Below the pieces are notes generated by a model. The model had not been told where the DNA came from. It saw only the letters and a program-made list of their open reading frames with translations, and ran no database searches. Shown here piece by piece: positions 1-13,344 of a stretch of 64,000 nt of DNA. The position numbers and the translations under genes are program-made. The stretch's first letter is position 1. The number at the start of each line of letters is the position of its first letter. The stretch lies in assembly GCF_002113885.1 (NCBI RefSeq), contig NW_018404289.1, forward strand, positions 241,750 to 305,749, given 5' to 3'. The DNA comes from Mizuhopecten yessoensis. Its lineage: Eukaryota.

Positions 1-110
1 GTCTTTCTCACCAGATCTATTAATAGACTGACAGGCGCTCACTGTCGCTACAGCTGTCAGGCATGGTCGGTCAGTCGATCGGTGTACAGGTAAAGGTGAC
101 CGTTGTGCCT

Positions 111-311
111 GGGGGGAAGTTTCAGCGAAAAGGGGAAGTTTCAGCGGAAAAGGGAAGTTTCAGCGGAAAGGGGAAGTTTCAGCAGAAAGGGGAAGTTTCA
201 GCGGACCAAGGGGAAATTTCACAGAAAAGGGGAAGTCCTACCGGGAATGGGGAAATAAAACTTTTTTGGGGAAGTTTCATCGAAAATGGGGAAGTTTCAT
301 CGAAAATAGGG
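111..311. repeat. 19-20-bp tandem repeat GGGGAAGTTTCAGCGGAAA (~10 copies)
   Basis: Direct reading. Confidence 0.85.
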
Positions 312-1589
312 TAATTACTACCCCCTTTGCGAGGAAACTTCCCTAAAACTATTCTCTAGTGCGTACGAGGTATATGTAACTGGTACTACGGCCATTATAC
401 GTACCTGTCCACGCCTTCTGATACAAGATATAGGTTTCCAACGGGTGGAACCCATCAATTTTAATTTTTATATAAAGTCTTGGATATTCAATGATGAGCA
501 TAACATAGTCTGAACATCAGGATTTATATATATACATATCTGTAAAATACATTATAAATGTGTTATAATTATAACTGCACGATAACATCACTAACGGCTA
601 GATACTATTATAATAACGTGATAAATGTTCACGATAACAGATAGATAACCCGATAACAGATAAACGCTTTACGTACTAGTACTACACACAAACTACCTGT
701 TACTTGACGGTTATATATATATTTGCCTTTACGTAAGATGAAAGAAACATCAAAATAAATTGAGGGTCAATTCTTCAGAAACCAGTTAGTACTGGTGCTC
801 TAAGGTAAACAATGTATGCACAGAAGGAAATTGGTTTAATTGTCGTGAGTGATTCGTGTTTCACGCATAATTTACTAATTATACCTGTACATATCACCTT
901 TGTCTTGTAATGTATGACATTGTGTTAGGTCAAACCCAGGAGTTGACCTTCCCTGACACAGTGAACCAGTGTAGAGAAGGATGACTGAAGACAGGTATAA
1001 TACATACTTAATGAGAGCTAAATGACAGTTTATACCTTTAACAAACCTAATTAGACAATGACAAGGTCGTCATTGTCACAACTGAATACCGATTGACCTT
1101 TGAACTTCTGTACTATGACACCAATTTGTGGTCACTGGTTTATTGGTACAACCTGACTAGTTCCTGTATAGGTAAGGTTGCGACGTACACACGGACTTGA
1201 CACTAGGTCGCCGCCTGCGGTTACAAGACGTGAGGGCTCGGCTTCACGTTAAGTTTAAAGTTAAAAATGTGTTAACTACATGCATGTGGAAATTTTAAGT
1301 AACAGAAAACAGTTAAAACGTTTCTTGAAACCAAACTATATGTTTTTTTCCGTGGAATAAGATAAGCTATCAAAGTCTGTGGTTTTCATAATCGTCGCTA
1401 TATCGAAAATGGCCATATGTATGTACGGGCAATCATATCGAATGTGAACGACACTGTATGGAAGGTTCCTGGTAACATGTGGCTGATTCTTTATCGAAGG
1501 TCACAGTTTACAGGGGGCATGTGACTGTCATTGTAACGAATATTCCGATAACAAGGAACAGAAATTGTATCGGAGGTTACATATAGCAT

Positions 1590-2005
1590 GGTAAAGACAT
1601 TGTATCGAAGGTTACCGGTGACAAGTGACTGGCACTGTATCAATGGTAACCGGTGACGAGTGACTGGCACTCTATCGAAGGTTAACGTTGACATGTGACT
1701 GGCACTGTATCGATGGTAACTGGTGACGAGTGACTGGCACTATATCGAAGAGTACAGGTGACATGTGACTGACACTTATCGAAAAGTACAGGTGACATGT
1801 GACTGACACTGTATCGAATGTTACCGATGACAAGAAACTGACATTGTATCGAATGTTACCGATGACAAGTGACTGACACTGTATCGAATGTTACCGATGA
1901 CAAGTGACTGGCACTGTATCGAATGTTACCGTTGACAAGTGACTGACACTGTATCGAATGTTACCGATGACATGTGACTGTCACTGTATCGAAGAGTACA
2001 GGAAA
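1590..2005. repeat. 35-bp minisatellite GTGACTGACACTGTATCGAATGTTACCGATGACAA
   Basis: Units at 1869 and 1904; degenerate copies extend back to ~1450. Confidence 0.9.
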
Positions 2006-4989
2006 CATATCATACGTCAGTGTCCGTCGAATTGTACTGTACATGTGTATAACAGCTTACATATGTACAAAATGATATATGTATAAAAGCTAAACCAGAT
2101 TTCAGAGGAAATCTTACTTGGCTAAAGAAGATTAATTTAAACACTTAGATAGTTAATATAACGTTGAAACACCTTCCATAAACAAAATATATGAAGATAT
2201 TTGAAAATGTCTAAAAACGTTTCTTAAAAATAATAAGAATTTTAGTCATGCATAATATTCGCAGTAACATAACAGGTAACGTGCAGTGTATTACAGGTGA
2301 TGGTAATATATTCTAATGAATTATACATATGCATGTTTGTTTCGCAAGGAAATATTAATATGAGTGATATATTATATGTTTTGACGAGTATGTGACGGAG
2401 CGTGGTACGAGGATTACGGCGGGTTTATAGTACATCAATATACTACACAGTTGGTGGACCTTAAACCTGCGCTAACGAACATTACCTGGAATACGTTATC
2501 ATATAGGTACTCTTCAAATCAGTCGCATTAACCCCATTTGACAGTCAAAGTTCAACACGATATCGTCATATGTGTTTACATATCGGTATTTCTCGGAAAT
2601 CTGTTGTATATGTAGCCGGTGTCCCACCATGCCTTACAAAGTTACATGATTTAAGAAATCAACGTCATTACAATAATACCTATACAGAGCAATTACCTTA
2701 TAGTTTTCCGTATAAATTACAAGACAAAAGAGATTACCATAACTGAATTCACTGAGCTACGTATACTTAGAATTACACTGTGCATATCGACAGAATAAAT
2801 ATCCCAATATCCCAATATTAGATGTTGCAGCAAAGAACGTTATTTTAATACCCATTTATGAATTGTTCACAAATGATAAAAAAATAAAAATGTAATTGTT
2901 TTAAAAAGTAATAGAATATTAAAACTTATCTTATGAGATCTGTGGTCTACCAAATTACCTACATGTAGTCCATCACACGACAGCCTGGCTGTATTGTCTA
3001 TATGTGTGCCATTGTTACATCGCCCTGTACTAATTGGTTAGACATCACTGCACGAGTAGTGTTTACATAGCCTGACTGTCTCTCTAGACTTTAAAGATGT
3101 ACTTGGATACAATCATCACGTGCATTGTCCATATGATGACATGTGTCCGGTTTTGAAAGTCCAACTATATAAGTAAACTGGGGAGAATTTGACCCGAAGG
3201 CACTAGGTAATAACCATGTAAGCGACAGAGGGCCGTGTCGCATGTCGTCTCCCTGAGCAGCGTCACACATCTTCACAAACAGCGCAGTAAACAGGGCCCA
3301 GTGCATTGGTGCAAACACATGAAAGATGTATTCATCGATCCGATATATATATATGTACTGAGACGAACAAATACATTAAATAAGCAGTTTATACAAAAGA
3401 AAACCGTCTCCCGAGTAAAATTGATACTCAGTAGGAATTTAAAATTAGAGTTAGTATGAAGTATTGAGTTAACTTTGATCGTACGAGAATCAGATTTACT
3501 CATTTGACCCTAGAGATTCACGATAGATGTGTTTGAGGTCAAAAACAAATAAATTCAAGGTTAATGCTTTTCCCAAGGTGAAACTATTTAAATATTTGAA
3601 GAACATTATGTTGGTTTATGTTTTAGTATTAAAACTCCTGACGTTTATTCAAGTCATACCTATGTACTTATAATCGGCTTATGTATTTCAATGACAGATG
3701 TATTCGGTACAGATATAGAGAAATGTCTATATATACATATATACAAAATACCTATAGATGCAGACACAATAACAATTCTCCCTATTAACATAATATGCCG
3801 ACGAGGTCAGCAGGTTCGTATCTGAGAGTATATGTTACTGCCACAAGCATCCATACAATATTAATTCTGCCCGTCTCATCACTCGTTCAATATCACTTTG
3901 TGGCGTGTTTACGATAGCGACTGTGCCCGACTACAAAGACACATGGACTCGGAAAGCCAGCCCGCGGAACAAACGACACTACTTTGCAATTGCAGTGTGA
4001 ACCTTGCGCTAAGGTCATGGAGACGTTCACCTGCATCCTGTATTTTGCTCTCAGTCGTATAGTTATGTACTAAGACTGAACAACTCGTGTGAAAAGGTTT
4101 AACCTTCCAGAGTTCATGTCAATTACCTATCCATTCTAAATATTACACACGAGCAGCTTCCGGAGTGACTGTACAGCGTCAAATATACCCAACTAGTCAT
4201 AATTTAATATATTAATAATTTCTTGTACGATTGAAATCATTTAAGGCATCAATACAATAGTGTAATATATCATTGTGTACAGTAAGTGTCACCAAGGCAT
4301 GGTAATCTAGGTGCTGTTTCCATTGCGCCTTTACAAAGGTACGTGCACACCCGCACTACGTAGCGGAATCTGGTCATTACTGACAGCAACACTGCAGATG
4401 ACCCCTGGAGATTTATAAAGAAGCGTGTTTTAGAGCATCTGAGGGCGTCGAACCCTACACGTGCATGTAACGACCAGCTCCCAGAAGTCCAAAGCGCTGT
4501 TAACTTAATTCAAAATGTTTAAAACATGATTTCCAATACCAATATCTAATAGTTCCTAAATGTATCTGTACTTCTTGTTTGCAGATGACTATGCAAAGAC
4601 CCCGCTTATGTAGATTTATTCATAAACGTCAAATATTTATCAAATATTCCAATAAACCTTCCTATATATGATTTTAAGCTGTTGATACTGTGCCCAGAAC
4701 CGCCTTGGTTCATGAACGGACGATGACCGGACATATAAAGTCTGTTGGCAGTATAATATCATTATACTTCCTTTCTTAATCCTGCCGCTCATCAACAAGG
4801 TTATAATCGATATAACCTGGAATGGTGGACAAACCCGACTTCAAACGGATTTCATTTAAAGGCATGCGATGCTGAGCGGTATTGTTCGCCGTCAGAAATA
4901 AGCCGACGGTCCCCTGATTGTTCTGCCATGTTGGGAATGACGTACATAGGGGGCAGTCGCCATCAACATGGCGTCATGTGAAAATGATT

Positions 4990-5420
4990 ACAGTAGAGGT
5001 CACATCGAGAATAACCTGCGGGAGTCCTTTTGTTCCCGTAACTCTCGATGATTTCACTATTTCAAGTTCACTTTATATGTAAATGTTGGAAGTCAAAGAA
5101 GGCCACCCGAGCGTGAGAATTGACGATGTTGTGACTAGACAGGTAGTATGGGAGATGTTCTCTATCAATCTGGTCTGTACGATACATACATGTGCCCGAG
5201 TCTTCCTGACATTCGATTGTCTGAGTATGGTTATTACACAGGCGTTTGATAGCTTCCATGGGGGAATTCAAAGCTAGACTTCGTAAATAATACAGAACGC
5301 CACTCTGTTTTCGGAGGTAGGCAGCATACACAGTATGTATCTGACGGGCATTTCTGGTACAGACAGAGGCTATTATGTACATAGATAATGTACCTGATTC
5401 TGATACCCTGCACCATAAAC
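4990..5420 (-). mobile_element. Probable highly decayed Tc1/mariner transposase fragment
   Basis: Minus-strand WRSVLFTKSSF resembles the W..VLFSDESRF motif. Downstream segments weakly resemble RYRDEIL and DNARPHVARV. TA-CAGT at 4989 could be a terminus. Confidence 0.4.
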
Positions 5421-5482
5421 CCTGGACCAGGGTACTAAAATAAGGTACATAAAAAGATGGTCGATAAGCACTCCCTTCTCCC

Positions 5483-6640
5483 ATCTTCTATCTACAAAGA
5501 TAGGCGGTAATACACTATCTTTCGGTCATCTCCTATCTACAGAGATATTCGTTAATACAATGTATTACGATCATCTTCTATCTACAGAAATATGCGTTAA
5601 TACACTGTCTTACGGTCAGCTTCTATCTACAGAGATAGGCGTTAATACACTGTCTTACAGTCATCTCCTATCTACAGATATAGGCGTTAATACACTGTCT
5701 TACAGTCATCTCTTATCTACAGAGATAGGCGTTAATACACTGTCTTCGGTCATCTCCTATCTACAGAAATAGGAGTTAATACACTGTCTTACGGTCATCT
5801 TCTATCTACAGAGATAGGCGTTAATACATTGTCTTACGGTCATTTGCTATCTACAGAGATATGCGTTAATACACTGTCCTACGGTCATCTTCTATCTACA
5901 GAGAAATGCGTTAATACACTGTCTTACGGTCATTTTCTATCTACAGAGATAGGCGTTAATACACCGTCTTACAGTCATCTTCTATCTACAGAGATAGGCG
6001 TTAATACACTGTCTTACAGTCATCTCCTATCTACAGATATAGGCGTTAATACACTGTCTTACAGTCATCTCTTATCTACAGAGATAGGCGTTAATACACT
6101 GTCTTCGGTCATCTCCTATCTACAGAAATAGGAGTTAATACACTGTCTTACGGTCATCTTCTATCTACAGAGATAGGCGTTTATACACTGTCTTACATTC
6201 ATCTCCTATCTACAGAGATAGGCGTTAATACATTGTCTTACGGTCATTTGCTATCTACAGAGATATGCGTTAATACACTGTCTTACGGTCATCTTCTATC
6301 TGCAGAGAAATGCGTTAATACACTGTCTTACGGTCGTTTTCTATCTACAGAGATAGGCGTTAATACACCGTCTTACAGTCATCTTCTATATACATAGATA
6401 TGCTTTAATACAATGTATTACGGTCATCTCCTATCTACAGAGATGGCTGTCTTACGGTCATCTCCTATCTACAGATATAAGCGTTAATACACTGTCTTAC
6501 AGTCATCTTCTATCTACAGAGATAAGCGTTAATACAATGTATTACGGTCATCTCCTATCTACAGTGATAGGCGTTAATACACTGTCTTACGATCATCTCT
6601 TTTGTACAGAGATTGACGATGATAAATTACCTTACGGCCA
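5483..6640. repeat. 45-bp minisatellite CTATCTACAGAGATAGGCGTTAATACACTGTCTTACGGTCATCTT (~25 copies)
   Basis: Units at 5623 and 5668. Confidence 0.95.
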
Positions 6641-7189
6641 TTACCTTTTATGGGTAAGGTGCGATTTTAGGAATTTGTTTTGCGTGATTATTATTACCGT
6701 CTCTGATCCGTGTGAAATGTGATTTGTACTAACGTACCGTGAACCGTGTAATGATGATTTCAGTACTAACTTCAGAAAGGCTTCTTTTGTAAAATTTTAA
6801 GATAAGGAATCTCTGTGAATTTTGTTGTTAATGAAAAGATGGGATATGGTCATCGCCAGTCACCCGGTCAGTCCCGCTACACATTCCCCTTTAAAGCTAC
6901 ACCTAAGTTATAACTGATTAGTGGAGCAACACTACCACGTACAGCTACAACTGACCAGGTAGTCTAACACCACAACTCTATAACCTACCGCTTAATGTAC
7001 GTTTTATTACCTAGACTGGCAACAACGTAAGCTTTTCACACTTTTTTTAAACAATAGTTCTCACATTTCATATCAAACACTCAATAAATGTCCATCGTGA
7101 CATCAGGAAAGTAACAAAAACATGAGAATATATGCTACAATAACCGTGTATATTAACCGTGGCTATAGGAAAAAAATGTTTTTGTATAT

Positions 7190-7361
7190 CTCGTGGCTCT
7201 GACCCAAAGCATGATGACAACCTCATAGTTCCTGTATAACTCGTGGCTCTGACCCTAAGCATGACAACAACCTCACAGTTCTTGTATAACTCGTGGCTAT
7301 GACCCTAAGCATGATGACAACCAGACAGTTCCTGTACAACTCGTGGCTCTGACCCTAAGCA
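7190..7361. repeat. 50-bp tandem repeat (~3.5 copies)
   Basis: tcgtggct[c/a]tgaccc recurs at 7191, 7241, 7291 and 7341. Confidence 0.9.
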
Positions 7362-7494
7362 TTAATATTATTATTTCTTTATTTCCTCCAAATTGAAGAG
7401 TTACACCACATCAATACATTAAACATTTAAGCAATTCCTATCATCTTTACATGGAAACCAAAGAACCATATGATGACGATAGACTTATAAGAAT

Positions 7495-7720
7495 GTACCC
7501 CTGTTAACGTTAGAAAATTACCCCGTTATACGTTACGTTACCCCTAATAACGCGAGAACTTTAACCTCTATAACGTTAGAAATTTACCCCTGTTAACGTT
7601 AGAAAATTACCCCGTTATACGTTACGTTACGTTACACCTGATAACGCGAGAACTTTAACCCCTATAACGTTAGAAAATTGCCTTTTGTAACATTACATTA
7701 TCCCTTAAAACGTTATATTT
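7495..7720. repeat. Degenerate ~23-bp repeat (ACCCC...AACGTTAGAAA), related to the 8235 array
   Basis: Recurrent acccctgttaacgttagaaaatt, with a ~90-bp higher-order duplication. Confidence 0.75.
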
Positions 7721-7760
7721 ACATTTGCTTTGCATTGCCACTTTATAACACTACCAAGGC

Positions 7761-8191
7761 CAGTCCCATGTTATGAGACCATAACACAGGCGTAGTGATA
7801 TCTCCGCGGGACTGACTAACTACCGGATAGCTATTCACCTAAGAATTTCAAACGGATAAGCAAAAAAACTCACTATGATTCAATAATATTTACTGTCTTA
7901 TGTAAGTCTATTATATAATGTGAATTGAATATATTGTTTGGTTAAATTATGAAAAAAGTATCGATAATTTTGTGATTATTTCCACAAAATATTTTTTTTG
8001 TACGGGAAAAGTCACGTGACAACATTCCGTGAGCAATTCCATGGGCTGTTCTATCTCTTGAACAAACACTGCGAAATTTAAATTTTAAAATGTGTTGTGA
8101 ACTTAGAAATATAAAATTAGAAAAAAATAAATTTAAATATAAGCATAAAACAGTATTCTGTTCCGTGTTATGGTCCTATAACACGGAACAG
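7761..8191. mobile_element. MITE-like element with imperfect terminal inverted repeats and a terminal hairpin
   Basis: 7770-7787 gttatgagaccataacac is the inverse of 8165-8182 gtgttatggtcctataac (2 mismatches). Perfect 14-bp stem at 8158-8191. Confidence 0.45.
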
Positions 8192-8234
8192 GATTGCAGA
8201 CAACTAATCATAATGCGCGTTATTCATTTTATCC

Positions 8235-8597
8235 GTTAGAAAGTTACCCCTTATGACGTTAGAAAGGTACCCCTTATAATGTTAGAAAGGTACCCATTAT
8301 GATGTTAGAAAGGTACCCATTATGATGTTAGAAAGGTACCCATTATGATGTTAGAAAGTTACCCCTTATGATGTTAGAAAGGTACCCCTTATGATGTTAT
8401 ATGATGTTAGAAAGGTACCCCTTATGACGTTAGAAAGATACCCCTTATGATGTTAGAAAGGTACCCCTTATGACGTTAGAAAAGTACCCCTTATGATGTT
8501 AGAAAGGTACCCCTTATGATGTTAGAAAGGTACCCCTTATGATGTTAGAAAGTTATCCCTTATGGTGCTAGAAAGGTTCCCCTTATGACGTTAGAAA
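8235..8597. repeat. 23-bp minisatellite GTTAGAAAGGTACCCCTTATGAT
   Basis: Units at 8281, 8304 and onward. Confidence 0.95.
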
Positions 8598-9021
8598 TAC
8601 CAATTTTGTTTTACCTAGTATTTATAAATAAATCATGCCAAACATTCCAGGAACGAGACCAGGCTTCATCCGAACTCGTTGACTGATAGTCTAGCAAAAT
8701 AATCATCAGAAACATACGAAATAGAATACCAATATTCTACAGTATAGATATATGAGGACAAAATTCCAACGCAATTCAACACGAAAAGACACTAAGAGAA
8801 CTAAAAATGCTCACACTCTGGAAATAAAAGCCACTCGCATCAAAATCTAATTATTTATGTATTATCGAAATTAAATGCTATCGAGGAGAACAGGTAGTTG
8901 TTTATGTCCGACAAAAATGATCAATGGCAAAATGGTTAAAAAAGGTAGGAGTTGTAACAACAGTGCAGTCGGTAGACGTCAACAGTGTCAACAAACGCGA
9001 GGAAAGTAGACCCCTAATTAT

Positions 9022-9080
9022 GTCTGTTTGTTTGCTTGTTTGGGGTTTAACGCCCTCGTAACAGCCAGGGTCATATAAGG
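9022..9080 (-). mobile_element. Probable SINE 3' tail fragment
   Basis: tttgtttgcttgtttggggtttaacgcc...acagccagggtcat resembles the reverse complement of SINE ends with CAAA-type tails. Confidence 0.4.
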
Positions 9081-11235
9081 AAGGTTGCCCAGGGAGACAC
9101 CGCCTGGGAAAGGAAGTAGATTATAGGGAAGATTCCATGTGTGTAGCAAATGTAACGAAAGGAGATGTTTCATAATGTCAAACGAAAATAAAACAAAAAA
9201 CAAAAAAACATTCAATAATATATATACATGTATATATAAAAAATAAAATGAGGATAGCAGATGTTTGATAATGTCCAACACAAATGAGAATAGCAGACTT
9301 GAGAATTCTAACAAAAGTGTGGATAGGAGATTTATATAATGTCTAACAAAAATGTTAATAGCAGATGTTTATTAATGTTGGACAAAAATGAAAAAAAATC
9401 CAGACATTCAATAAAAATAAAACAAATGAGGGAAGCAGATGTTAATAATGTCCAAAAATAAAAATAGCAAACGTTCAATATTGTCTGACAAAATTGAGGA
9501 TAAAGATTCAAATAATGGCCAACAAAGGTGAAGATAGCAAATTCAAATGATCTCCAACAGACCTGAAGAAAGCAGATTTAAATATTGACCAACATATGTT
9601 AACACTGCCGATTAAAATATTGACCAGCACACGTGGAGTTACCAAACTTAGATGATGTCCCACAAAAAGGACTAAAAGTATACGACATAGTCAATATACC
9701 AGGACATATTTATATATGAATTCAAAATCAAAACAAAATGAAACTGGAGGCTTCAAACCAAGCGCTGGGAAAACGTGTGACACCGTCATAATGTCGCTCG
9801 ACGTCGGGGACAATTTGTGTCGGCTTTTCATCAGATCCTTTCGTATAGATCTTTTAAATCTTCTTGGGGCAATCGATATACCGATTGCTTGTCAAATTTA
9901 GAGGTGTATGGAGAGAAGTCGAAGAGATAATGTACCTAAAGGAAGTCGTCACTGGGATTAAAATGTCTCATAAAACTCGAGAAGGTCACATTTAGCCTAC
10001 CATGTGAAGCATTGTGAACAAATCGTTTAACATGACTAGGATCACTGTAAAATTCTTCAACGTGGATCGAAGCCTCTCATGTGGATAGCCCTGGCTAAAT
10101 AGTCTATTACAGTCAAGGATAGACTATCAACAGTGCCATGCTAATATTATAATCTTGGAATGGATAATCAGCAGTGACATGTAGTATACCAACGTTGGTA
10201 TGTAATTCCACAAGGAGGGGCATTAACCCAAGGATTACAGTGGCGCAGTGGTATACAAGTTTAGGATCGTGATTCCGTTTGACATAGTGTTTGGTAGCTA
10301 GGTGACCATTGATGTAATACTCCAGGATGAATGAAATGTACAAGTTTTTGTGCAATTCTTGTTATTCAAGGAAAATATATTATCAATTTATATTCAAATA
10401 TATAATGAAGTTCATCTCCGATATCTCTTACCTTACACAATTGACAAATACGTTTAAGTTCATGTACATGAGTATGTCTGGGACCATGGCTTAACCCATT
10501 ATAGTTAATAGGGTACATATAGAAAATGGCATCAACATAAACAAGGTATTATCACTACAACAGAAAGTGTCTATTGAGCTAGTGTGTCCACCCGCTGTAG
10601 CCTACATTTAGGTCTGATCAGTGGTAATTAAGATCAAAACAATGAAAAATACACACTCTTAGTGTTCAGAGACGCATACCTAAGTATAGAGAAAGGTGAG
10701 GGTGTTCTTAACGTTACAAGTTGACATATTTAGCTACAACAGATATGTTAATCTTAAACTAATATTTAACGTCATATGTGCCAGAATAAATTCCTACCAC
10801 AAGGTTACGGCCAATGTTCGGTACTCATAGTTCACCAGCAGGGTCAACGACCTTGTCAAGTCAAACGAGTCACTGGAGGTAAGAAGTATATCTAGAACCT
10901 GTCGTCAACACTTGTTATCTATAAATATATCCAGAACATATAATTGTATAGATTGATAATGTCTTTGTATATCTAGAACACGTCATCAACACCTGTAAGT
11001 ATTTATAGATTGATAAGGTATATTTACAACATATCAACACGTATAACTGTATAAGTTATAAATTATAAATGGACATACACATCTTACACATGTCGTCAGC
11101 ATGTTAGGTCTATAAACGGAGTAAAACATAAACATGATTGACATATAAGGTTAACTGACATTGGACATTATATAGTACTGCTTTAAAATAGTTTCTTGTG
11201 AGATTTTTGCTGTTGAACAAAGCATCCTCAGAGAT

Positions 11236-11325
11236 GTAACTGTAACAGGTAACGGCCAGACGGGGATTCGAAACTGGGACCTCCCAACTCTAGACGGACG
11301 CTCTAACCATTTGAGCCACCTCAGA
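11236..11325 (-). mobile_element. tRNA-derived SINE head
   Basis: Reverse complement reads GGTGGCTCAAATGGTTAGAGCG (A box) ... GTTTCGAATCC (B box), followed by a GTTAC repeat tail. No intact acceptor or anticodon stems. Confidence 0.7.
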
Positions 11326-11825
11326 TAAAGAATGACAAACAAACCAACAATCTATTCAAATAAAAGTCGGCGTTTCTGTTGATAAACGATCGAGAGATAT
11401 TGTAATATTGATGATAGCAAAAGTTCAATAAAAGTTCAGTAAACAGTAGAACTGACCGTACAGAAAATGTCTAGTGTAACAATATGAAGTAACAATAAAC
11501 GTACCGTAAATATCTAGTGTAACAATATGATGTAACAATATGATGTACCGTAAATGTCTATTAAAAGACCCGGAAGTAACAAGTTGATCTAGAAGTAACA
11601 GTAGAGGGACAGAACTGGAGGTAACCTTACTTTGATATCCATGACAATGTGAAATGTCACTTAGGTGTTTACAGTAGGACATTTTGGTGATGGAAAGAAT
11701 ACAATAAATTGAAAGAAAGTTCAACTTTACAAAGGGGACGTATCACCATCAGGACAGGAAGCCGTTAGGACCGGACACACTCCCGACTTGAAATGGCACA
11801 ATCATGACGGGACGCTACCACAGCG

Positions 11826-12063
11826 GGACACCATCAGGACGGGGTACCGTCAGAACCTGACACGACACACTTCTGATAAGACACCATCACGACGGGGTAC
11901 CGTCAGAACCTGACACGACACACTTCTGATGAGACACCATCAGGACCGGGTACCGTCAGAACCTGACACGACACACTTCTGATAAGGCACCACCAGGACG
12001 GGGTACCGTCAAAACCTGACACGACACGCTTCTGATAAGACACCATCACGACGAGACACCATC
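11826..12063. repeat. 53-bp tandem repeat (~4.5 copies)
   Basis: ggggtaccgtcagaacctgacacgacac at 11841, 11894 and onward. Confidence 0.9.
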
Positions 12064-12729
12064 CTCGTTTATGCCTTGCAAACTAATATTGGACGACACA
12101 TTATTATCAGGTAAGATTGATAGGAAGGAAACAGAGAGAAAATGGATTATGTAAATGAGGTGTTATGTGAGAAAAGTTAACGGTCAACTATCTCGAGACT
12201 AAACTAATGTTTGTCCGGAATCACCTACTACGTAAATTCTGTGTAAACATCTTCTGGTTATCTCACAACACACTAGGCTGTGTAGTGTATCTGCGTACTT
12301 AACTATCACTAGTCGTACATCTAGTTTACCCATATATCTTTATCTAGGTCACCTATAAATTCTACATAGCCAGATCCTCTAAGTTTACTCCGCATATGTC
12401 GGCCACTAAGATGTTCTGTTTGGTATACTACGTTGTTCTATTGTGTGCCCGTAATACAAACAAGTGTCAATAACCACTAGAAAGATACTGTTAAATATAG
12501 CAAAAAAACAATGGAAGACATCTTACAATGGGAAAATGCTGAAAAGCAAATAATTGATAAGTCGTAATGTTTACTTATACATTGGGCTGTATTTAGTTGG
12601 CACATATGATTGTTCAATCAATGATATAGCCATCTGTCGAGAGACAGTCATTGTAAACCAACATTAAATTAGAACGTCATAATAATGATGACGTCATCAG
12701 GTTAGGGCATTCATAGCAGATGATTGTTA

Positions 12730-13025
12730 CGTTATGTTATGTCTGTTATAGTTGTGACGTTATGTAATGTCTGTTTTAGTTGTGACGTTATGTAATGTCT
12801 GTTATAGTTGTGACGTTATGTAATGTCTGTTATAGTTCTGACCTTATGTAATGTCTCTTATAGTTCTGACGTTATGTAATGTCTGTTATAGTTGTGACGT
12901 TATGTAATGTCTGTTATAGTTGTGACGTTATGTAATGTTATGTAATGTCTGTTATAGTTCTGCCGTTATGTAATGTCTGTTATAGTTCTGACCTTATGTA
13001 ATGTCTCTTATAGTTCTGACGTTAT
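12730..13025. repeat. 28-bp minisatellite GTTATGTAATGTCTGTTATAGTTGTGAC
   Basis: Units at 12759 and 12787; related to the 31-bp satellite. Confidence 0.9.
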
Positions 13026-13047
13026 ATAATAATAATACTAATACTAT

Positions 13048-13095
13048 TATTCGGGTAAAAGGCAGATAGTGTATTATCTGCCTTTTACCTGAATA
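13048..13095. other. Inverted repeat / hairpin, 21-bp stem (1 mismatch), 6-nt loop
   Basis: tattcgggtaaaaggcagata pairs with tatctgccttttacctgaata. Confidence 0.85.
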
Positions 13096-13344
13096 CATAT
13101 TACTATTTTGCAGATTGGACATATTTACAAGTTATTTATGCCATATAACTAGTAAACAGTCAGGTGTTAACAACTGGATTGGATTAGATTATTTTAAGCC
13201 TTTACCTGGGATGACACATAAAGCCACATTGTGGCTTAATTCCAATGGGGCCCCTTAGATCTAAATCAATCAATCAAATTCACAAAATAGTTACATGATG
13301 ATATAATAGATATTGATAATTTGATAAGACTATAAGACACTAAG

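Noticed and set aside
63-314. 83-aa ORF
   Set aside because: Translation of the 19-20-bp repeat.
5560-6131. ORFs with 15-aa periodicity
   Set aside because: By-products of the 45-bp satellite; frequent frameshifts and no synonymous bias evident.
11254-11320. Functional tRNA gene
   Set aside because: A and B boxes are present but the cloverleaf stems are broken and a simple-repeat tail follows, which indicates a SINE.
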